Source: an uncultured virus (IMG/VR IMGVR_UViG_3300042894_003697)
Lineage: Duplodnaviria; Heunggongvirae; Uroviricota; Caudoviricetes
DNA: 64,000 nt
Virus record (IMG/VR): IMGVR_UViG_3300042894_003697
Reading direction: 5' to 3' (one strand)
The notes under the pieces were generated by a model. That model made no database searches and was not told the origin of the DNA. It was given only the letters and a program-made list of their open reading frames with translations. The translations under genes were made by a program, and so were the position numbers. This document shows positions 28,391 to 43,800 of this stretch, piece by piece (the first letter of the stretch is position 1; every line of letters starts with the position of its first letter).

Positions 28391-31300
28391 ATGGCAACAA
28401 CCACAAGACAGACAGTAATTTTTGGTGTTGAAGATTGGAAACGAATCTATCAAACTTACCGAGAAGCTGACTTTCAAAGTTACGATTTTGAAACACTACG
28501 CAAAAGTTTTGTAGATTATCTGCGATTATACTATCCAGAAACATTCAATGACTACATTGAATCATCAGAATTCATTGCCTTGTTGGATGTCATGGCCTTT
28601 ATGGGGCAAAGTCTTGCATTCAGGTCTGATCTAAACACACGTGAAAACTATTTAGACACTGCTGAAAGACGAGACAGCGTGGTTAAATTGGCCAACTTGG
28701 TCAGTTATACTCCTTTGCGCAACACTGAATCATCTGGCTACCTCAAAGTCTTCAGCGTAAAAACAACAGAAAATGTCACTGATTATAACGGAGTCAATCT
28801 TGCCAACATCACAGTTAACTGGGCTGATCCTAGCAATCTCAACTGGCAAGAACAATTCACCAGTATTATCAATTCTGCGTTAGTAAACACACAACGCTTT
28901 GGCAAACCAGGGAACGACCAAGTTATTCTTGGAGTGGATACTCAAGAGTACACTGTAAATCTAGTGCCAGGTTTTCTTCCTGTGATTCCATACACTGCAA
29001 CCATCGACGGAATCAACATGCCATTCGAGGCAGTGAGCGCAACCAGCTCAGGTCAAACATATATCTACGAGCCACCACCGCTGCCTAACGGACAATTTAA
29101 TATGTTGTTTAGAAATGATCAACTGGGATTTAGCAGTGCCAACACAGGATTTTTCTTTTATTTCAAACAAGGCGTGTTGCAAAATCAAGATTTTAACTTG
29201 CCAGAACGCATCAGCAATCGCCAAGTCAATATCAATATTGAAGGCATTAATAACACTGACGTTTGGTTGTATCAATTGGATAACGTTGGCAATATAACCA
29301 GTTACTGGCAGTTTGTACAGAGTGTATACGCGGCAGCAGTTGAACAACTGACGCCGGGCACAAGAGACATCTATAGTATAACCAGTGCCACCAACGATCA
29401 AATTATATTAAACTTTGGCGATGGAGTTTTTAGCACTATACCAGTGGGAACATTTCGCACGTATGTACGGTCGAGCAATGGATTAACTTACATTATCAAT
29501 CCAGAAGAAATGCAAAGTGTTAGCATACCAATTAGTTACGTTAGTCGCACAAATCAAATTGAAACTATAACTTTTACTTGTGGAATTACCAGCCCAGTGA
29601 CCAACGCTCAGGCTCGAGAAACTCTGGAGCAAATTAAACAACGAGCTCCTGCACAGTATTACACACAAAATCGTATGGTCAATGGAGAAGATTACAACAA
29701 TTTTCCATTTACTCAATACAATAGTATTTTAAAAAGTAAAGCATTGAATCGTGCATCCATTGGCACCAGTCGATATCTTGATCTTGTGGATGGTACAGGA
29801 AAATATTCTAGCACTAATATTTTTGCCGCTGATGGTGCTTTGTACGAAGCCAACACTTTGCCGGCATTCCAATTTTCCTGGCTAACCATTCCGGACATTT
29901 CGGACGTGCTCTACAATCAAATTAATCCTTTGTTGATCAAAGCTGGTCTACAACAATTTTATTACGCTAATTTTACAAGACCAGATTTGTCCGTGCTAAA
30001 TTATACATGGCGTCAAAGCACAGTAATTACAAACGAAACCACTGGATATTTTCAAAATGCTGCAGGCACTCCGGTGCCCATTGGCACCTATGCCAGCAAC
30101 AATGCCAAGTACATAACCGAAGGCAGTCTTGTTAAATTTGTTCCTCCCACTGGATATTATTTTAATTCAGACAATCAATTGGTAGCTGGCATCCCTGGGC
30201 TGGCCGGCGATAAGTTAGTAATATGGGCAAGCCCTACCGCAGTTTATCTAAGTGGAACTGCCAGTGGATTTGGCAATTTGCCGTCGGGTGTGGGCCCTGT
30301 TGTGTTGAATAATTTTGTACCCACTGGTGCAATACCCACACAAGTTATTCCAGTGTTTGTAACTGATATTCCTGTGAGTGTTCAACAAAATATTGTAAAT
30401 CAAATTTATTTGAATCAAAATTTTGGCATTGGTTACAATAATATAACTGCCACTTGGTATGTTATAACTGCTAACAATCTTGCAACAAATGCTGCATTTA
30501 GTTTGACCAATCAACAAAGCACTGCTGGTACAAATAGCGACGCTTCGTGGTTGATACAAGTTACCACTACTGCGTCGGGCTTGGCCAATTACACAGTGGT
30601 GTCAAGAAGTTTAGATTATTATTTTGGCAGTGTTATAGACACAAGATTTTTCTTCTATACCAATCAACCAATTTATGACTCGCGCACCGGAACTGTGATC
30701 AGAGATTTTGTCAATGTATTAAAAGTTAACAGTCAACCTGACAGCAATTTCCCATTGGCAGGTGATAATGTGTTGACCATTATAGATCAACCTGTGCTCA
30801 GCGATGGATTGGTTGACGACTTTCAGGTGTTGGTTAGTTTTGCTACAACACCGGGTGATTTGATACCCATAAACCCTGACTTTTTCAATGATATCGTGGC
30901 CCCTAATGTTAACGCAAATCACAAATTAGTTTTTTTGCAACAAACAGTGGACTTTGATAATCTTCAACGATACTTGTTGGTTGCATCAGGAACAGTTAAC
31001 AGTGACTATGCTACGTTGGGAGCAATTGAATTGGCCATAGCACAGTACAATCTTGGTCAAGTGTTTTATGCCTATCAAGATCAGGTGTTCTATACCCTTG
31101 CAGTAAACTCTGCAGGCGACACCATACTAACTGTCAATTCAACTTATATTGCGTATACTGGTAGACAAAGTTTGTACTTTCAATATAGACACAACAGTCC
31201 ATTGACCAATAGAATAGATCCTGGATCAACAAATATCATTGATATCTATATTGTAACCAATTCTTATTACACTGCTTATACAAATTGGTTACGCGATTCC

Positions 31301-31804
31301 ACAGGAACAGTGCCGTTACCATTGGCACCCACCATTGATGATCTCACAACTGCATACGTTGGACTACAAGATTACAAAATGATATCAGATAATATGATAT
31401 TAAATTCTGTGCAGTTTCAGCCATTGTTTGGCAGCAAGGCCGCACCAGCTTTGCGAGCCACAATAAAAGTCATACAATCTACACAAAGCACTGCCAGCAC
31501 CAGTGAAATAAAAAATCTTGTTGTGGCCAATATGAACGCATATTTTGACATAGCAGTTTGGGATTTTGGACAAACATTTTATTTTTCAGAACTGGCTGCA
31601 TACATACATCAACAGATAGGCGACATAGTTAGTTCTGTTGTGCTGGTTCCTTTAAATCCACAAAAGAGTTTTGGCGATTTATACGAAATCAGATGTGCAC
31701 CTAATCAAATTTTTGTGAATGGTGCCACTGTTAACGACATACAGGTCATAACTGCATTGACCAGTACAAACTTACAAACTGCTCCTGGCAGCGGAGTAAT
31801 TTAA
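28391..31804 (+). CDS. gp6: Baseplate wedge subunit (gp6-like)
   Basis: DFETLRKSF, FNDYIESSE, ENYLDTAERRDSV..LA..VSY.P, FGDGVF, QNRMVNGEDY. TAAATA at 28367-28372 upstream. Confidence 0.88.
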   Translation: MATTTRQTVIFGVEDWKRIYQTYREADFQSYDFETLRKSFVDYLRLYYPETFNDYIESSEFIALLDVMAFMGQSLAFRSDLNTRENYLDTAERRDSVVKLANLVSYTPLRNTESSGYLKVFSVKTTENVTDYNGVNLANITVNWADPSNLNWQEQFTSIINSALVNTQRFGKPGNDQVILGVDTQEYTVNLVPGFLPVIPYTATIDGINMPFEAVSATSSGQTYIYEPPPLPNGQFNMLFRNDQLGFSSANTGFFFYFKQGVLQNQDFNLPERISNRQVNINIEGINNTDVWLYQLDNVGNITSYWQFVQSVYAAAVEQLTPGTRDIYSITSATNDQIILNFGDGVFSTIPVGTFRTYVRSSNGLTYIINPEEMQSVSIPISYVSRTNQIETITFTCGITSPVTNAQARETLEQIKQRAPAQYYTQNRMVNGEDYNNFPFTQYNSILKSKALNRASIGTSRYLDLVDGTGKYSSTNIFAADGALYEANTLPAFQFSWLTIPDISDVLYNQINPLLIKAGLQQFYYANFTRPDLSVLNYTWRQSTVITNETTGYFQNAAGTPVPIGTYASNNAKYITEGSLVKFVPPTGYYFNSDNQLVAGIPGLAGDKLVIWASPTAVYLSGTASGFGNLPSGVGPVVLNNFVPTGAIPTQVIPVFVTDIPVSVQQNIVNQIYLNQNFGIGYNNITATWYVITANNLATNAAFSLTNQQSTAGTNSDASWLIQVTTTASGLANYTVVSRSLDYYFGSVIDTRFFFYTNQPIYDSRTGTVIRDFVNVLKVNSQPDSNFPLAGDNVLTIIDQPVLSDGLVDDFQVLVSFATTPGDLIPINPDFFNDIVAPNVNANHKLVFLQQTVDFDNLQRYLLVASGTVNSDYATLGAIELAIAQYNLGQVFYAYQDQVFYTLAVNSAGDTILTVNSTYIAYTGRQSLYFQYRHNSPLTNRIDPGSTNIIDIYIVTNSYYTAYTNWLRDSTGTVPLPLAPTIDDLTTAYVGLQDYKMISDNMILNSVQFQPLFGSKAAPALRATIKVIQSTQSTASTSEIKNLVVANMNAYFDIAVWDFGQTFYFSELAAYIHQQIGDIVSSVVLVPLNPQKSFGDLYEIRCAPNQIFVNGATVNDIQVITALTSTNLQTAPGSGVI

Positions 31805-34800
31805 TGGCCACAGTTCGCACAGTTGATTTTTTACCAGAAATATTTCAAACACCGGTTAACAAGCAATTTTTAGCAGCCACTCTTGACCAACTGGTTCAAG
31901 AACCTAAATTTAAAAAATCACAAGGGTTTATAGGACAACGAGTTGGACCCGGGGTCAATGCCAATGACCAGTATGTGATTGAACCTACAAAAAGTCGCAA
32001 TGATTATCAGTTAGAACCTGGCGTGGTTCAAATTGATCCAGTTGATGCTAAAAAAATTGTTGATGTCATAACTTATCCAGGCATAACTGATGCATTGACT
32101 CTGCAAGGTGGAATCACCAACAATGCAGATTATCTTTATACCAGTGATTACTACACCTGGGATCCTTTTGTTGATTTTGATAAATTTGTAAACTACGCAC
32201 AATATTTTTGGTTGCCCAATGGACCAATGGCAGTTGATGTGAGTGCCACTGGAGTACCTGTTACCGACAGTTTCACTGTGACTCGTGCAAATGGAGTCTA
32301 TACTTTTAGTGGGTATGCAGGCAACAATCCAGTACTAACTTTGGTCAAGGGCGGCAACTATACATTTAATGTGGCACAAAATACCACTGAAACAATCACA
32401 TATCGTGTGACCAATAGTGGCACAAGTGCATATGTGATCAATCAAGAATCAAATCCCAGTCTGACTTTGGTTCGAGGAAATACATACTATTTTAATCTGT
32501 CATTGACTGGCGCTTTTCCTTTTTTTATTAAAACTATTGCCAGCCTGGGCCCGGTCAATGTCTATTCCAATGGAGTCATAAACAACGGAGCCAGTGACGG
32601 ACAAATTATATTCACAGTGCCCCAAGATGCTCCAGATGTATTATTTTATTGCAATCCAGTGGAGTTTAATCTACGTGGGCAATTTAACATAATTGACGCA
32701 ACTGCAGGAACTGGCAATGATTTCTGGATTCAAACTGATCCTGGAATCAATGGACGTATCCCTGCAACTCCTAACATCAGTAGTAGAACTATACTTGGAG
32801 TAACCAATAATGGTATTGATCTCGGAACTATTACATTTGATGTACCCCTCAGTGACGCACAAAGTTTTTATTATAATTTACCTGCTATCCCACTCAACAA
32901 CGGCACAGTTGATCTTATAACAACAACCTTACAATTCAATCAAGTCAATAATCAATTTCTTGATGCATTTTACACAGCCAATCCCAATGGGATAGATGGC
33001 ATAACAAATTTAAATGGTCGCACCATTGTTTTTACTGCAACTCAAGGTTGGGAAATAACAAGTTTTTTTGATCCGTTGGTCACTGGTCAAAACGGACAAC
33101 CAGGCAGCTTTGATAGTTTGCCGTTTGATAACACTACTTTTATTACCAATCCAGAAGAACAATACAGTGTCTGGAGAATTCAGTATCAAACTGATTCGGG
33201 TGGCCAGGTCTATCTGTCATTGACCAGTGTTGCAACTGTGCCAGAATTAGATAAATTTACTATTTTGTTTGGCAACCAATGGGCCAGCACACAGTGGTAT
33301 AAAGATGTCGATGGGTATTTTGAACAAATTCCATTGTTGACTGCAGCACGTAGTGTACTATGGTATCAAGATGGCACGGATCCTAATATTTTTGGTCAAA
33401 TTCGATTAATTGATCAAACGGGTGTTTCTACATTGGATATTGATACTATCATTGGACAAAAAACCTATACAAGTCCCAATGGAGTAACATTCACCAATGG
33501 TATGAAAGTAATATTCCGTGGTACTACGGCTCCGGCCAGTTATTCAAATAATGAATATTATATAGAAGGAGTTGGGACTGCAATTCAATTGTTGCCAGTA
33601 ACCAATTTTGTAACACCGGAACCATATGTTGAAGCACAATATGCATTGATCAACAGTGACTCTGCATTGAACGGCCCGTTGACTCCGGACTATTTGACAA
33701 TAAATCGAGCCAGTGGAGATTTAAACCCATGGTCTCGTAGCAATCGTTGGGTTCAAATTGATGTTATCAATGCGTCGGCTGCTTACAACAATACTGTTCC
33801 TGTGTTAGATAACAATTTTCGTGCTCGCCGACCTATATTAGAATTCCGTGCTGGAACTCGATTGTTTAATTTTGGAACACAAGGCAAACCACCGGTTAAC
33901 ATTATTGATTTCACACAAACAGATGCACTAAGAACAGTCAACGGCAGCATTGGTTTTGGCACTGATGGTTATGAGTTAGTCAGCGGTGACAGAGTTGTTT
34001 TTGCTGCTGATATAGATCCTGTTGTTCGGCGAACAATATATCAGGTTAGTTTTATTATTCCTGATACCGTGCCACCATTGATTTCACAGCCATTGATTAG
34101 TTTAATTCCTGCTGCTGATAGTCCAGCATTGCTTGATCAAAGTGTGTTGTGTTTAAATGGTAACACGTTACAGGGTCAAAGTTTCAGATATGACGGTGTT
34201 AATTGGGCGGAAGAACAACAAAAACTCAATGTCAATCAACCTCCTCAATTTGACATTTATGATGCTGATGGAATAAGTTTTGGTGACAGAGTCAAATACT
34301 CCAGTTCAAACTTTCTAGGCAGTTCATTGTTCAGTTATGCAGTGGGATCTGGTCCGTTAGATTTATATTTAGGATTTCCGTTAACCTATCTGAGTTTGAC
34401 CAACATTGGTGATATTGTTTTTGATAACAATTTCTATGCTGATTCATTCACCTACACATTGAATACTGTTGGGCAGACTGTGCCATTAAGTTCCGGATTT
34501 GTAAGGCAGTACAGTACCCGATTGCTGTACGACCGAGAAATTGGATGGCAAAATGGAATAACCCAAAGTCAAATTAGACAACAATTTCAATTTGTCTATG
34601 ATGGATCGCCTTCACTACTGGATATTGCAGTCAGTACTGGCACAGTGGTTCCTGCAGTACAAGTTTTTATCAATGCTACTTTTCAAGAATCTTACAACTA
34701 TAGAGTCTCTATAGGAACCAACACAACCACAATCACATGGTTGACCGAGTATGCACCTGGAGACTTGATTGAAATTCAAGTGCTCAGTGATCAGGTCAGT

Positions 34801-37800
34801 ACAAATGGATTTTTCCAAGTTCCTATGAATTTAGAAAACAATCCATTAAACGGCAACAGCACACAATTTACGCTGGGCACTATTCGCAATCATTACAGTA
34901 CCATTGCTCAAAATCTTATTGGCTTGCAAGGGCCAGTCATTGGTGCAAACAATACCAGAGACCTGGGCAACTTGATCCCTTACGGTTTACAGATACTGCA
35001 ACAAAGTTCGCCGCTCACGTTGGCCGGCTATTTTATGCGAGATCCCAACTATGATGTATTTGCTAGTTTGGATTTTAACAGCCGAGAATACATTAAATTT
35101 AAATCTTTATTGTTAAACACTGTGATCAGTAACGATTACGGAACAATGACCATTCCAGAAATATTAGATTCTGCAATTGCACAAATCACTGTTGGCAGAA
35201 CAAATTTAAGTCCGTTCTATTGGAGTGACATGTTGCCAACTGGCACCACGTTTATTTCAAACTCCACAACAGTATCACAAATAACAACATCAGTATTCAA
35301 CACTTCACAAACTTACAATTTTACTGAATCTAACTACTTGGGATTATTAGTATACCTCAATGATGTGTTATTGGTGCGCAACTATGATTACATAGTGAGT
35401 GTTGATAGTCCTGTGTTGACCATAACAGTACCATTGAGCGTAGGCGATGTTGTCACAATCAATGAATACAGTGATACTGTTGGAAATTTTGTACCCAACA
35501 CACCAACCAAATTGGGCTTGTATCCTAAATTCAAGCCTGAAATCTTTTATAATCCTGACTATTTAAATCCTGTTCTGGTTATACAAGGACATGATGGTAG
35601 TATAACAATAAGTTTTGGTGATTTCAGAGATGAAATCTTGTTAGAATTTGAAAAACGAATTTATGACAATCTTAAAAATGATGGTAATCCAGTACCGTTG
35701 GTTGCCGAAGATGTTGTGCCAGGATTTTTTAGAACCACGGATTACACACAGGCGCAGATAACACAAATACTCAGTGAAAGTTTTTTAACTTGGGTAGGCC
35801 AAAACAAAGTAGACTATAAAACACAAAACTATATTGCAACAAACCCGTTTACCTACAACTACAGTGTGTCTGGTAACAAACTCAACGAAGAACCGTTGTT
35901 GGGCGCCTGGCGAGGTATCTATCGTTATTTTTACGATACCACAAGTCCTAATCTAACACCATGGGAAATGCTGGGATTCTCAGAGCAACCTGCCTGGTGG
36001 ACTGCACGTTATGGTCCTGTGCCGTACACCAGTGATAACCTGGTATTATGGGGCGATCTTGAAGCCGGATACATAGCAGATCCTATTGCACCTTATATTG
36101 ATCCTCGTTATGTACGTCCTGGATTGACCACAGTGATCCCGGTGGACTCGCAAGGTGAATTACTAAGTCCATTACAAAGCGTAGTGGGATTGTATAATCC
36201 CAATGCTTGGCGTAAAAGTTGGGTAGTCGGCGATGGCGGTCCAACTGAAGCTTCATGGTGGGCTAGTTCAAGTTATCCGTTTGCAGTCATGCGATTGCTA
36301 GCGTTAACACGCCCGGCTGAATTTTTTAGTTTGTTTGTGGACAGAGACCTGTATCGCTACAATGCGGAATTTGAACAATATCTCTACAATGATCGTTATA
36401 GAATCAATGCCAATGAAATTCAAGTTTATGGCAACGGAGTCAGCAAGGCCAGTTACATAAATTGGATTATTGATTATAATCAACAACTTGGTATTAATTC
36501 ATCTTCGGCACTAACTAGAGATTTGGCCAATCTTGATGTGAGACTTTGTTATAGAATGGCTGCGTTTACAGACAAACAGTATGCTAATATCTATTTGGAA
36601 AAGTCTAGTCCAGACAGCCAAAATTCTAGTTTGTTGTTGCCACCGGAAAGTTGGAATTTATTACTATATGCCAATCAACCTTTTGGTGAGATTGTGTACA
36701 GCTCGCTAATAATTCAACAATTAGAATCAGGGTTCACTGTGTATGGATACAGTAATGTTCAACCATATTTTCCAATTGTGGCCAGTGCTACCAATGGAAC
36801 AACACAAACCATCAGTGCCGGTGGCACTGATGTAATAGTTCCTGCACAGTATACCAATAATATAGTTAATATACCTTATGGATACAATTTCTCTAACGCT
36901 ACAATTGTTGTGGATTTTATTTTAAGTTATGGTGTATTTTTAACCAGCCAAGGGTTGGTATTTGACGGAGTACAAAATGGTTACACCCTTAACTGGGCAC
37001 AGATGGCTCAAGAATTTTTATACTGGAGCCAACAAGGCTGGGCTCCAGGCACAATTATTAATTTGAATCCTGGTGCCAGTAAAATAACTGCATACAAGCC
37101 CGGAGCAGTTGTGGCAGCAGTCACAAGTTTGACTCCAGAAAATCAGTTGACTGATCAAAACAAACAGTCGATCAAATCGCGCGATTTGATCGTACAACGA
37201 TACGGAGATACATTTACCATATCATCTGCCACGAATCAAACTATTTCATATCTGGATTTAAAATTTACCAATTATGAAAATATGGCTGTGTTGGACAATG
37301 TTAGTATTTTTAACGATTTAATATATAATCCCATAACCGCAGAACGACAAAGTCGTATGGCCTGGAAGGCCAGTATCAGCAGTGACTGGGATGGCACTTT
37401 AAATGCGCAGGGATTTGTACTAAATCAAAACAATGTTGATCAATGGCAACCTAGTGTAAAATACACCAAGGGTGAAATAGTAATTTATAAAAACACCTAT
37501 TGGAGTGCGTTGAATATAATTCAACCTAGTACAACTTTTGACTATGCCAATTGGGTCAAGAGTGATTATGCTATGATCGCTCAAGGTCTGTTGCCTAACA
37601 TTGCCAACAAAGCTGATCAACAAGCCAATAGCTATAATATCTATGATGCCAATTTGGCCAGTGACAATGATTTACTGGCATTTGGTCTCACTGGATTTAG
37701 ACCACGTCAATACATGGTTGACCTTGATCTTGATGATGTTAGTCAAATACAGCTTTATCAAAACTTTATTGCCAGTAAAGGTACTAGATTAAGTGCAGAA

Positions 37801-40800
37801 TTATTTACTCAGGCCAATCTTAGAAGAGAAACTGGACAGTACAACATATACGAAAATTGGGGAATACTAATAGGAACCTATGGCGCTAATGCCAATCGTA
37901 GTTGGTTCGAACTAAATCTCAATCAGGCACTGTTAACTGCCAATCCTAGCACAGTACAAATCATACAACCAGGTCAATCAAGCCAAGCTGATCAAACAAT
38001 ATTTCTAAGCAATCTCTGGAGTGAAAGTTACGCTATACCTACTGTTAATATTTTGCCTACAACATACGGTACAAATCTTGACACAGCATTACCATCTGCA
38101 GGCTATGTTAATGTTGACGATGTAGATATAACAGTATTCAATCTCAATGATCCAGAAGCCATCAATGCTAACATTGATACAATCGGCAATGGAACAATTA
38201 TTTGGGTAGCACAAGTTAACAGCTATGATTGGGGCATTTTTAAGTGCATTCAAATTCCAAGTTCCATGACGTTGTTGAGCAACAATTTAAATGGAACTAG
38301 TGTAGCTCAATTCACTGGTACTCATGGGCGATCAGTGGGCGATGTTATTATTATAAGATATTTTAATGACGGAGTCAATGGAGTTTACCGAGTATTAAGT
38401 GTGCCAACACCCACCACACTAGTGGTTGCATTTGCATTTACCAATACCAATCAAAGTCAAATCACAGGCACAGGATTGGTATTTTATCTACAAAGCACAA
38501 GAGTTGCTCAAGCAAGTGATATTAATAATTTGCCTTTTGTCAATGACCTTGTTTCGGGTGCAAAGGTCTGGGTTGACAACGACGGGTTTGGCCATTGGGA
38601 AGTGTTGGAAAAAACTGCGCCGTTCAACATTGCTGACACACTTACACCTTTTACCTTGTTTACTGATTCTTTGTTTGGTACCAGTGTTAGTCAAACCACA
38701 AATCATCAGAGTGCACTGGTCGGTGCACCCCAGGCCCTGTCTGGTGCAGGCGCAATTTATACATACCGTCAAAATAACATAGTTCCTTATGTTGATAATA
38801 TATTACTGACACTCAATGCCACAGGCACTGCAGGATATGGTAACAGTGCTAAATTTGGCAACAACAATTGGGCTATTGCTGGCGCCAGCGCCAGCAACGG
38901 CAATGCTGGCTATGCAACCACTTTGTATCAAGTTCCTGGCTCCAATAGTTATTTACAAACACAACTGTTGGTTGCACCAGATCAAAACTTTGGTCCTACA
39001 CGATTTGGATCAGCAGTAGCAATAAGTTTTGACGAGCGTTGGATGTATATCAGTGCACCTGGGGCTGATGCAGTGTATGCCTACGGCAGAGTTGATGTGC
39101 CAGTACAATCAGTGACATACACTAGCAATGGCACTACATCATCGTTTAACTGGTCAGAATCAATCACAATTGATCCAACATATCCAAATCAGTTGCTGGT
39201 GATTGTAAATAATTTAATTGCAATCGAGGGCATTAATTATTATATCAATGCAAACGTAGTGCAATTTTTTACTGCACCAGCTGCTGGTCAACCAATAACA
39301 CTGCGACGTAGACAAGCAGCGCAGATTGATCGTCAAGATTATTTTAACATTGAGCAAAATTCAACCAGTGGCACTGGTGTAGGAGCTGCATTCACAGTGG
39401 TAAACACTCGCGGCGTTTACAACCCCACAATAACCACTGCAGGCACTGGATATGCGGTCAATGATACCTTGACCATTGATTATACTCAAATTTGTCCCAA
39501 TGGATCAGGTGCAAACAATTTGGTTATAACAGTGACCGAAGTTCAAGCCGGTGCAATTACTGCATTTAGTTTTGCTGGCAGCGGTGTCACTACAAACAAC
39601 GGCTTTGCACTAGTTGAATATTTAAACACAGTGTCTGACATTTACTCATTCACAGTCACAGTCAATGGTGTATTGCAAAGACCGCATCTTGATTATGATT
39701 TCAATAGTGATAGTTCGTTGGATTTTGGTCTGTTAGAATTTAACACTATACCTCCAGCAGGAGCAGACATTGCAGTTTCCGCCAGCACATATTGGCAATA
39801 TATCAATTCAATTACTGTCAATGGTCTTGGCGCAGACGCAATATTTGGATCTAGTTTGGATACCTCCACTGATGGCCGACAATTGTTGGTAGGCACTATC
39901 AACGACAGTGCCAATACCCCAACTGGCACGGTTCAACTGGCCGGATCAGTGTACGTGTACAATCGTAGTTCTGTAAGCTACCAAATAACCAATGCTGCCC
40001 AAACCACATACGTAATACCAGGCACATACACTGATCCTGTTGCAGTGTTGTTGAACAACACGTACTTGACCAATACTGCTCAATACATCAATGGGCAGTA
40101 CACAGTGAGTGGCAGCAATATCATATTGAATACTGACCTAACATTGACCATTGGTGATATATTAACAATTGAAACCAACCAGTTCCAACTGGTTGAAAAA
40201 ATTACAGCAAATATTCCAGCAGCACAATCAGCATTTGGATATGCAGTTACTATATGTCCTAATAATTGCAGTGTGTATGTTGGTAGTCCATTGAGCAGTC
40301 AGTCCGGAGTAGTGCAATCCGGCGCTGTTGCGCGATTTGCCAATCAGACTAGAATATACGGAGTAATTACATCAACTGTGGCCAATCCTACATTGATTGC
40401 CGGGGACACCATTAGAGTCAATGACATTGAAGTAGCAGTGCCTGTTGCTCCTGACAACAATCTAGCAGGTCTGGTGGATGCAATAAATGCTGCCAATGTG
40501 CCAAATGCAGCTGCAACATTGACACCCAATGTGGAGTTTGTTGGCGATGGCACTACTAAAATATACAACGTAGGATCCATTTATTCAGCTGCTGAATCGT
40601 ACACCACAGTGGTCTATGTCAACTCAACATTGCAAACAGCCGGTGTAGATTATACCTACAACAATACTACTCAACAAATAATATTTGTCACTGCTCCGGG
40701 TGCAAACTCAGCAATTATTGTAGTGTCTGGAAGAATAACAATATCAGTAATAAACGCAACATCTGTTTCGCCTTTCAACAAACTCAGTGTGTTTCCGGGC

Positions 40801-43800
40801 CTAGTAAACTCTGCATTTGACACAATTGGATTTAATCTCTATGTTTGGGCGCAAGATATTTTAAGTCCAAATCCAACAGACTACGCACAATTTGGTTCTA
40901 GCATTGGTGTAAATTCTGATGCAATCAATATTGTAGTTGGAGCACCCAATGGTAATGTTTATGAAAGAGAAATATTTGACGGCGGCTCTACCTATTTCGA
41001 TGACAGAAGCACAACTTTTTTTAACCCTATTGTCAACAGTGGAGTAGTGTATACATATGACTATTTGTCCGGCACGTCTGCTGCATTTGTGTCATTGACA
41101 AATCCTGGAGCATTTGTGTTTGGACAACAAGTGTACAGCACACAATTAGCAACCGGTGACCAATTTGGTACTGCTGTAAATTATATCAGTAATCGTTTGT
41201 TAATAGGAGCTCCTGGCAGCGATCTTGGAGACAGCAGTGTAAATTATGGCGAAGCATATGTGTTTAATAATCCCACTGGCTCATTGGCTTGGACTCCAAC
41301 GTATTTTCAAGAACCAGTGGTTGATACAAATCTTTTAAATACTGTTTACAGCTACGACAAATTGTTAAACAGCACACAAACATATTATGATTTCATTGAT
41401 CCACTGCAAGGAAAAATATTAGGAGCAGCTCGCCAAAACATTGATTACATTGGTGCAGTAGATCCTGCAAATTACAATCAAGGTTCTGTACATAATGTAG
41501 GAACCAGCTGGGGATCAGCGCATGTGGGCGAAATTTGGTGGGATACCAACCGTGTTAGATTTATTAACCCCAGCCAAGACGACATTGTGTATGCCAGCAA
41601 ACGTTGGGGACAAGTGTTTCCGGGTAGTAATGTAGACGTTTATCAATGGATAGAAAGTTTAGTAACACCTGCAAATTATGCAGGTCCAGGTACTCCGTTG
41701 AGTACAATCAGTTATACTGTTGCAACCACGGTTGATAATAATGGAATTTTTGAGACATATTACTATTTCTGGGTACGAGGAATCGCAACAATAAACACCG
41801 CAGTGGGCAAAACTTTAAGTACAACTGGTATTGCCAGTTATATTTTGAATCCCATTGGCAGCGGCATACCTTACATAGCTGGATTAAATGCCAGCACTGT
41901 GGCAATTTACAATGCAGGTAGTTTATTATCAGCACAAGATACCATACTACATGTTGGCTTCGATCGTCAAGCTACTTCAGGTGATGTTCATGCTGAATAT
42001 GCATTTATAGCCGACGGTCAAGCAGATAGTTTTTTAAATGCTAATCTATATCGAAAATTACTAGACAGTTTTTGTGGTGTAGATGTGCTGGGTAATCTTG
42101 TACCAGACCCAATGTTGAGCCCTGGCCAACAGTATGGAGTTCAATTCCGGCCGCGCCAAAGCATGTTTATCGATAGATTTACGGCACTACAAAACTACTT
42201 GACTCGTGCTAACAATGTACTGGCGCAGTATCCTATCAGTGAGATTCGCAGTTTTAATTTGCTCAATAGTTCAGAACCAAAACCTGCGCCCAACACAGGA
42301 GCTTGGAATTTTGAAGTGCCTAATCTTGAAACACTAAGGTATCAAAATCTTGCACAAGTTCCGCTGGGATATTTGTATCTAGTAGATTCTGATTCAAGTC
42401 AACAAGGACTATGGACAATTTATGAAGTTGCTCAAGGTAGCATACTGGGTCAACGAGTTCTGAATCTTACACGTATACAAAATTATGACACTACCTTGTA
42501 CTGGAACTATATCAACTGGTATCTACCAGGATACAATAGTTCAACACAGATAGTGGCAACTGTTGCCAATTATTCAGACCTCAGCACATTGACCTTACAA
42601 ACTGCGCCTATAGGCACTAGTGTAAAAGTTTCTGCCAACAGTCAAGGCAAATTTGAAATTTATAATAGAACTGCAACAGGATGGGATCGAGTTGCATTGC
42701 AAGATGGCACCATTGAATTCAGTGCAAAATTATGGAACTATGCTCTGGGACCATACGGGTTTGACGCCGAAGTGTTTGATGCTCAATACTTTGATCAAGA
42801 ACCAGTGATAGAAACTCGTCAGATTATTCGTGCACTAAATCAAGAAATTTACATTGATGATCTCTTGATAGAACGAAATCAATCATTGATTTTGATGTTT
42901 AACTTTATCTACAGTGAATTTACTGCACCAGAATGGCTAATAAAAACCAGTTTTATCAATGTAGATCATAGATTACAGGCGTTGTTGCCTTATCAATTGT
43001 ACCAACCTGAAAATCAAACATTTGTAGAAGATTATATCCAAGAAGTCAAACCATATCACACACAGATACTTAACTTTAACCTTATCTATGATGGTACAGA
43101 TACCTATGCTGGATCTTTAACTGACTATGATGTACCAGCTTACTGGAACACTGATTTACAAATTCCACAATTTGTAAGTCCGGTATTGACTCCGTATACC
43201 AGCGCCCTTAGCACCACAGAAAATTTCAACAGTGATGCTGCATCTAATGCTGCCGTCTGGTTGCAATTTCCTTGGAATCAATGGTACAACAACTATCTAT
43301 TAGAAATTCAAGATGTTATTGTTGTCAACGGCGGATCAGGGTATAGTTATAACAATCCGCCAACTGTGACAGTGACTGGTACCTGTGTAACGCCAGCCAC
43401 AATGACTGCAACAGTCAATGGTGCTGGACAAGTAACTGCTATTAATATTATTACTCCCGGAGCTGGATACAGTACCACTGCACAGATTGTATTGACATCC
43501 GCAGTGGGATCTGGAGCCATCTGTGTTGCACAAATGGCCAATGATCTTGTCAGATCAATCCGTACAGTGATAAAATATGATAGATATGAATATCAAAGCT
43601 CTATAGTAGAATGGCAACCCAATGTTGTTTATACTCAAGGCACACAGGTGCGCTATGTGAATGTGGTCTGGAGTGCCAACACCACACAATCATCTGCTAG
43701 CTTTTTACCTTCTGATTGGACATTGGTAAGTGCTGACTCGCTAAGTGGTGTAAATCGTACTCAGGGATTTTATACACCGGGTCCAGATCAACCCGGGTTG